The notes under the pieces: generated by a model
Databases searched by the model: none
Told to the model about the DNA's origin: nothing
The model's input: only the letters and a program-made list of their open reading frames with translations
Part shown: in pieces, positions 59,732 to 64,000 of the stretch
Layout: each line of letters begins with the position of its first letter
Position numbering within the stretch: the stretch's first letter is position 1
Translations under genes and position numbers: made by a program
Origin: Syntrophales bacterium
Lineage (GTDB): Bacteria; Desulfobacterota; Syntrophia; Syntrophales; UBA4778
NCBI GenBank assembly: GCA_028712885.1
Contig: JAQTPK010000001.1
Coordinates: 109,721-173,720 of the forward strand
Length of the DNA: 64,000 bases
Direction of reading: 5' to 3'

Positions 59732-61315
59732 ATGAGAGAGCAGGAAAAGAGAGGGACCGGCCGAAGACGTAATCAGCGGGAGAAAGCCGCCATGGCTATG
59801 CTGCAGCAAAGCGAGGAACGATTCCGCCTGGCGACCGAGGCTGCCAATATAATTGTATACGACGTGGATCTTAACTCACACGTAATCCGGGCCATGCACG
59901 GATTGCGGGCTTTCCTGGGCCGCGACCTGCCCGACAACGCCTCCTATGAATGGTGGACGGGGCTGATCCATCCGGAGGACAGGAACAGGCTGCAATCCGA
60001 AATTTCAGAAGTTCTGGCCGTCCGGGAACAGAGCCACACGTTCGTTTACCGCGTCCTCCACGGAGACAGGCACTACCGGATCGTTCAGGACACGATCTAT
60101 TTCCAGTATGAAAACGGGAGGCTCGTGGGGCATATTGGAGGAATAAAGGACATCACGGATCGCGTCCGGGCGGAAGAAAGCCTCCGGGAGAGCAAAAAAC
60201 GCTATCAGGATCTTGTCGAAACGGTAGGCGACATGATTTTTGAAACGGACGAGCTCGGGCGCATTGCTTACGTCAGCCCCAATATCACCGATATTCTCGG
60301 CTACTCCCCCGGAGACGTCATCGGAAAGGTTCCAACCGACTTTCTTTCTCCTGACGAAACCGGGAATTTGAAAGAATTTTTCCTGCGGTGCGCGGCGAAA
60401 CGGAAGAAAATTGAGGCAATGACCGCTACCTATCTTCACCGGGACGGCCGCAAGGTCATCCTGGAAACTAACGCCGTTCCGTTTCTGGCCGAAGACGGAT
60501 CGCTGCGCGGATACCGCGGGGTGAATCGCGATATATCGGAAAGAAAGGTGCATGAGCGGCAGCTGCAGGATATTACCCTTGAAGCACGCCGCAGGGCCGC
60601 CGAAGCGGAAGAAAGCAAGAGGAGGCTCGAAGAAATCAACCGGGAGCTTGAAAGCTTTTCCTATTCGATCTCCCATGACCTCCGGGCGCCCCTCCGGGCC
60701 ATTGACGGTTTTTCCGGTATGATCCTCCAGGATTTCAGCGAGGTGATGGATGCAGAATTGAAGCGCCGTTTCGATGTTATCCGGGAGAATGCCAGGCGGA
60801 TGAACCGTTTGATCGACGATCTCCTGGCGATTTCCCGACTTGGCCAGTGCGTTATCAGTAAAAGACCGGTCAATATGGAAAAGTTGTTCCGGCAGACGTG
60901 GATGGAGCTTCTCCCCGCCTACCCGGGAAGAAAAGTCTGGATGCAGGTACATAAAATGATTACCCCTGTGTCCGGAGACAGGACGCTTCTGAAACAGCTC
61001 GTCGCCAATCTTCTCAACAACGCCCTGAAGTATACCCGCGACCGCGAGCGGGCATTAGTAGAGATAGGAGGACTTTTGAAGGATCGCGAAATCGTGTTTT
61101 ACGTGAAGGATAACGGAGTAGGTTTCAACATGCGGTACAAGGACAAGCTGTTCCGGATTTTCCAGCGTCTTCACAGTCCCTCCGAGTTCGAAGGAACCGG
61201 GATAGGACTTGCCATTGTGCAACGGATCGTGAATATGCACGGCGGGCGGGTCTGGGCGGAATCGAAAGTGGGAGAGGGGGCGACCTTTTTCTTCAGTCTT
61301 CCGGCTGAAGCGTAA
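59732..61315 (+). CDS. Cytoplasmic PAS-PAS sensor histidine kinase
   Basis: IHPED and second PAS/PAC; SYSISHDLRAPLR, NLLNNALKY, DNGVGF, FQRLH, GTGIGL; no response regulator adjacent. Confidence 0.93.
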   Translation: MREQEKRGTGRRRNQREKAAMAMLQQSEERFRLATEAANIIVYDVDLNSHVIRAMHGLRAFLGRDLPDNASYEWWTGLIHPEDRNRLQSEISEVLAVREQSHTFVYRVLHGDRHYRIVQDTIYFQYENGRLVGHIGGIKDITDRVRAEESLRESKKRYQDLVETVGDMIFETDELGRIAYVSPNITDILGYSPGDVIGKVPTDFLSPDETGNLKEFFLRCAAKRKKIEAMTATYLHRDGRKVILETNAVPFLAEDGSLRGYRGVNRDISERKVHERQLQDITLEARRRAAEAEESKRRLEEINRELESFSYSISHDLRAPLRAIDGFSGMILQDFSEVMDAELKRRFDVIRENARRMNRLIDDLLAISRLGQCVISKRPVNMEKLFRQTWMELLPAYPGRKVWMQVHKMITPVSGDRTLLKQLVANLLNNALKYTRDRERALVEIGGLLKDREIVFYVKDNGVGFNMRYKDKLFRIFQRLHSPSEFEGTGIGLAIVQRIVNMHGGRVWAESKVGEGATFFFSLPAEA

Positions 61316-61390
61316 AGCGCGAAAAGCTTCTCCCCTTGTCTGGATATGATCAGATGTCTCAGGAGAAGTCAGTCGGCGCCCATCATATAT

Positions 61391-61425
61391 AACCCGTAAC
61401 CTGAAACCCGAAACCCATAACCCAT
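61391..61425. repeat. Heptamer tandem repeat (AACCCRW-like x5)
   Basis: AACCCGT AACCTGA AACCCGA AACCCAT AACCCAT. Confidence 0.6.
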
Positions 61426-61533
61426 TACCATCTAACTGTTGACAATTGCATGAAGAGAGTTCTAATAAGAATCCGATTCCAGCGGGGAGAAGGGGCCGAT
61501 TGTTCATTTTCTTTATTCCTGAGGAGGAGTTTT

Positions 61534-62295
61534 ATGAAGACCTGTAAATTGGTTTTGGCTGTCGTCTTCGGCATCGCGTTTCTCATTCAGACCGGCATGG
61601 CCGCTGCATTCGGCCCGTTCGGCGCCCCGGAGCCCGCTCCAAAAGAAGGGTCCGGATACCGGGTGGGGATCGGCTACTGGCATGCGAAAGAAAAATTCGA
61701 ACTTGAATCGGTCGATCTGAAAATCAAGCAGAATCAGCCTTACATCGAACTGGCCAGGAGCTTCGCGAATGCGGAGGTCATGGCGCGGATCGGAGTCTCG
61801 GATGCAAAGACGCTGGATTTCGACAGCAACTGGAAGCCGTTCGGCACGATCGGAATGAAAATGTATTTCCCGCTGGGGGGCACTTTCGGGGTCGGCCCGA
61901 TCGTCCAGGGGTCGTACGTTTTTTCCGACTACTCGGATAATGTCTTTTCGAACGATGCTCCCGATGATACCCGAACGCCGATCGATATGAAGATGAAGAA
62001 TTTCTGGGATATCAGGGCCGGATTGGCCTTCCAGGCGAAGATCGCGCCCGCGGCAAAAATATATGCAGGCCCCTTCGCTTATTACTCCCGGACGAAAATA
62101 GAGATGGACCTTCCTCCGGGGGAGTACTGGGAGGAAACCGGGACGAGCACGGCTTCGGCAACCGCCAGGAATAAATCCAAGCTCGGCGGCTTTGCCGGGG
62201 CGGAATTGGTCCTGGACAAAAAGTTTATCGTGAATGTCGAAGGGCAATACTCCAATTATTTCTCGGCAGGGGCATCGGTGTCGTATCTGTTCTAG
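61534..62295 (+). CDS. Probable outer-membrane beta-barrel protein
   Basis: GAGGAGG RBS, signal peptide, alternating aromatic beta strands, C-terminal beta-signal SVSYLF. Confidence 0.75.
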   Translation: MKTCKLVLAVVFGIAFLIQTGMAAAFGPFGAPEPAPKEGSGYRVGIGYWHAKEKFELESVDLKIKQNQPYIELARSFANAEVMARIGVSDAKTLDFDSNWKPFGTIGMKMYFPLGGTFGVGPIVQGSYVFSDYSDNVFSNDAPDDTRTPIDMKMKNFWDIRAGLAFQAKIAPAAKIYAGPFAYYSRTKIEMDLPPGEYWEETGTSTASATARNKSKLGGFAGAELVLDKKFIVNVEGQYSNYFSAGASVSYLF

Positions 62296-62318
62296 AAAAG
62301 GCATTCAGTTTTAAAATG

Positions 62319-62347
62319 AAAGGGCAGACTGGGGTCTGCCCTTTTTT
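62319..62347. terminator. Rho-independent terminator between convergent genes
   Basis: AAAGGGCAGAC-TGGG-GTCTGCCCTTTTTT. Confidence 0.8.
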
Positions 62348-62459
62348 CTGGAAAAGGATAAGAATCTGGAAATGGCCTGACACAGGGGTTCCTTTGGCCG
62401 CACCGCGTCCCCCCGGCAGGAAGCCTATTCGCCTGCGGTCGGGAGGGGCCGACTGTGAG

Positions 62460-62723
62460 CTACACGGCACGCCTCCTTTTGACGAAGCTGCGATATAGGA
62501 GCAACAGAAGGACGGCCCCGCCGACGGCCAGCAGGATACTTCCTATATTAAACCCTGTTACCGTCCCAAACCCCAGCGCGGACCCGATTAACCCCCCAAC
62601 GAAAGCACCTCCCATTCCCAGCAGGATGGTAATGATGATCCCTCCGGGATCCTTGCCCGGCATCATTAACTTTGCGAGCAAACCGACGACCAACCCCATT
62701 ATGATCCAGGATAGAATTCCCAT
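62460..62723 (-). CDS. GlsB/YeaQ/YmgE (transglycosylase-associated) stress membrane protein
   Basis: MGILSWIIMGLVVGLLAK.MMPG.DPGG..TILLG..GAFVGG; AGGAGG RBS. Confidence 0.92.
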   Translation of the reverse strand: MGILSWIIMGLVVGLLAKLMMPGKDPGGIIITILLGMGGAFVGGLIGSALGFGTVTGFNIGSILLAVGGAVLLLLLYRSFVKRRRAV

Positions 62724-63182
62724 GGCAAACCTCCTTGTTGGATTTTTTTAATAAAGGTGAGCGGAAAATAAACTGCGGGCTTTAAGAAAAGGATAGATGT
62801 TGCAGTCTGGAGGCGGTTTCTGAAGGACTCTGATCCGAGCCCCTCAGACGCGTTCTGAAATTTATGAGATGGATCTGTTCAGCAACCCTTGAAAATAGCG
62901 AAACACCTTTTGCTCGCGTTGTCAATAATAAAGCAATGATGAAACGACTTGTGAGGGTATGTCACCAAGTGATATAGATAAAGCCTCTTTTAGCCTACGA
63001 GTTCCTGAAGAGGGGCTTCTTATCGGAGACAAATGGCTATACTTCAATTGCGGGAAGGAAAAATGGAAGGGCGCTGTCTCGTCTTGCGGGGTACGTGCAA
63101 GACATGCGGTGGAGAAGCTGCCCGATGGTAGAATCGGACGAATGAAGTCCTCGAATCAATCAGTGCAGCGTATCCGAAAATT

Positions 63183-63213
63183 GTCATTCCCGCGGAAGCG
63201 GGAATCCAGTTTT
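63183..63213 (+). repeat. REP/dRS3-like palindromic repeat, left copy
   Basis: GTCATTCCCGCGGAAGCGGGAATCCAGTTTT (ATTCCC-N8-GGGAAT core); degenerate inverted copy at about 63221-63243. Confidence 0.8.
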
Positions 63214-63427
63214 TTGTTTTGGTGCCCGCTTCCGCGGGGACGGCGTCTGGATACCCGCCGGAGTTTATCCTGAGGTACTCGAAGGATAGGGCAATTAAAT
63301 TCTGAGATACCTATCCATTTTTCGCCTGAGGACATGTCACCCAAAGGAACTTGCCCAGAAATACTTGCGTTGACACCGGTTCTGACACAATATGTGAGAG
63401 TCCAAAATAATTAAGAACCTTTTTTGG

Positions 63428-63456
63428 TTGACAGACCGGCCTCAAATCGTTATAAA
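63428..63456 (+). promoter_or_regulatory. sigma70 promoter of the tRNA gene
   Basis: TTGACA-N17-TATAAA followed by GC-rich discriminator CGCGC. Confidence 0.8.
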
Positions 63457-63513
63457 CGCGCTTTTCAAGGGCTTAAAGCCCTGTTTTCCAATATAGGATT
63501 ATTTTCTTGCGGA

Positions 63514-63589
63514 GTCCCCATCGTCTAGAGGCCTAGGACACCGGCCTTTCACGCCGGCAACCAGAGTTCGAATCTCTGTGGGGACGCCA
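63514..63589 (+). tRNA. tRNA-Glu (anticodon UUC)
   Basis: Acceptor GTCCCCA/TGGGGAC, anticodon arm CCGGC-CTTTCAC-GCCGG, T-arm CAGAG-TTCGAAT-CTCTG, encoded CCA; 76 nt. Confidence 0.97.
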
Positions 63590-63595
63590 GAAATC

Positions 63596-63627
63596 GGGAT
63601 TACCTTGATCAGGTAGTCCCTTTTTTT
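63596..63627 (+). terminator. Rho-independent terminator after tRNA-Glu
   Basis: GGGATTACCT-TGATC-AGGTAGTCCC-TTTTTTT. Confidence 0.82.
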
Positions 63628-63667
63628 GTTTGGAATGAGGCGAGAAAGATTGGCAGGTTACTAGAAG

Positions 63668-63698
63668 AAAACTGGATTCCCGCTTCCGCGGGAATGAC
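63668..63698 (-). repeat. REP/dRS3-like palindromic repeat, right copy
   Basis: AAAACTGGATTCCCGCTTCCGCGGGAATGAC, exact reverse complement of 63183-63213. Confidence 0.8.
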
Positions 63699-63735
63699 GA
63701 TTTCAGATTTGTTAACCGATTGGCTCTGGAAAAGA

Positions 63736-63774
63736 AAACCAGAAACCAGAAACCAGAAACTAGAAACCAGAAAC
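63736..63774. repeat. Heptamer tandem repeat (AAACCAG x5, one AAACTAG variant)
   Basis: AAACCAG AAACCAG AAACCAG AAACTAG AAACCAG AAAC, directly after the helicase stop codon. Confidence 0.8.
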
Positions 63775-63776
63775 TC

Positions 63777-64000
63777 TTAAGTGAAGACTACAGGCTCGCG
63801 GAGAATTGTTTCCCTGGCCCTTGCCGCGAGTTTGGCGATTTCGGGGTGGGCGTCGGACAGCGACGCGATCTGGCGCAGGTTGTCGGCGGTGCGCGAGATC
63901 AGCATGACGAGGTCGCCGTCGGCCATCCCTGTCTTTTCGATAAGCCGTTCCCATTCCATCCCGCGCGACCAGAAGTAGATCGCCATCGCGGCCCATAGGG
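63777..64000 (-). CDS. 3' end of a probable Ski2/HelY-like DEAD/DEAH helicase (DSHCT domain), truncated
   Basis: W..G..W..L.....ADGDLVMLISRTADNLRQI...A..A...I.R resembles the DSHCT C-terminus. Confidence 0.65.
   Translation of the reverse strand, partial: LWAAMAIYFWSRGMEWERLIEKTGMADGDLVMLISRTADNLRQIASLSDAHPEIAKLAARARETILREPVVFT

Noticed and set aside
62959-63273. 104-aa ORF as a functional gene
   Set aside because: The C-terminal third is translated REP-like repeat (LSFPRKRESS) and no family motif is recognisable
63514-64000. Prophage or genomic island integrated at tRNA-Glu
   Set aside because: No integrase and no duplicated tRNA 3' end in the window; a terminator and a housekeeping-type helicase end follow

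Overview
A GC-rich chromosomal segment, most likely from a deltaproteobacterium (Desulfobacterota/Syntrophales-like; inferred from gene content and order). It has five blocks. (1) 1-17.8 kb, minus strand: a nonulosonic (pseudaminic-type) acid biosynthesis and glycosyltransferase locus with sigma54/sigma28-like promoters and three unusual fusions (MerR-HTH::PseB, cytidylyltransferase::class-III aminotransferase, PseI::amidotransferase). It has a formyltransferase but no PseH in the window. (2) 18.2-26.5 kb: a receptor-less chemotaxis operon whose CheA carries a tandem MshEN-like (c-di-GMP-binding) motif. (3) yhaM-like/fdhD/selB, ruvX and mltG. (4) 32.6-50.2 kb: the dcw cell-division cluster from mraZ to ftsZ, without ddl. 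(5) 50.7-64 kb: mixed genes, including a bacterial Dnmt2-type C5 methyltransferase, kup, a PAS kinase, and a tRNA-Glu(UUC) with C38 bracketed by a perfect 31-bp inverted repeat. About a dozen intergenic sites carry 7-9-nt periodic, mostly inverted repeats. All calls come from motif recognition by eye; no database search was run.
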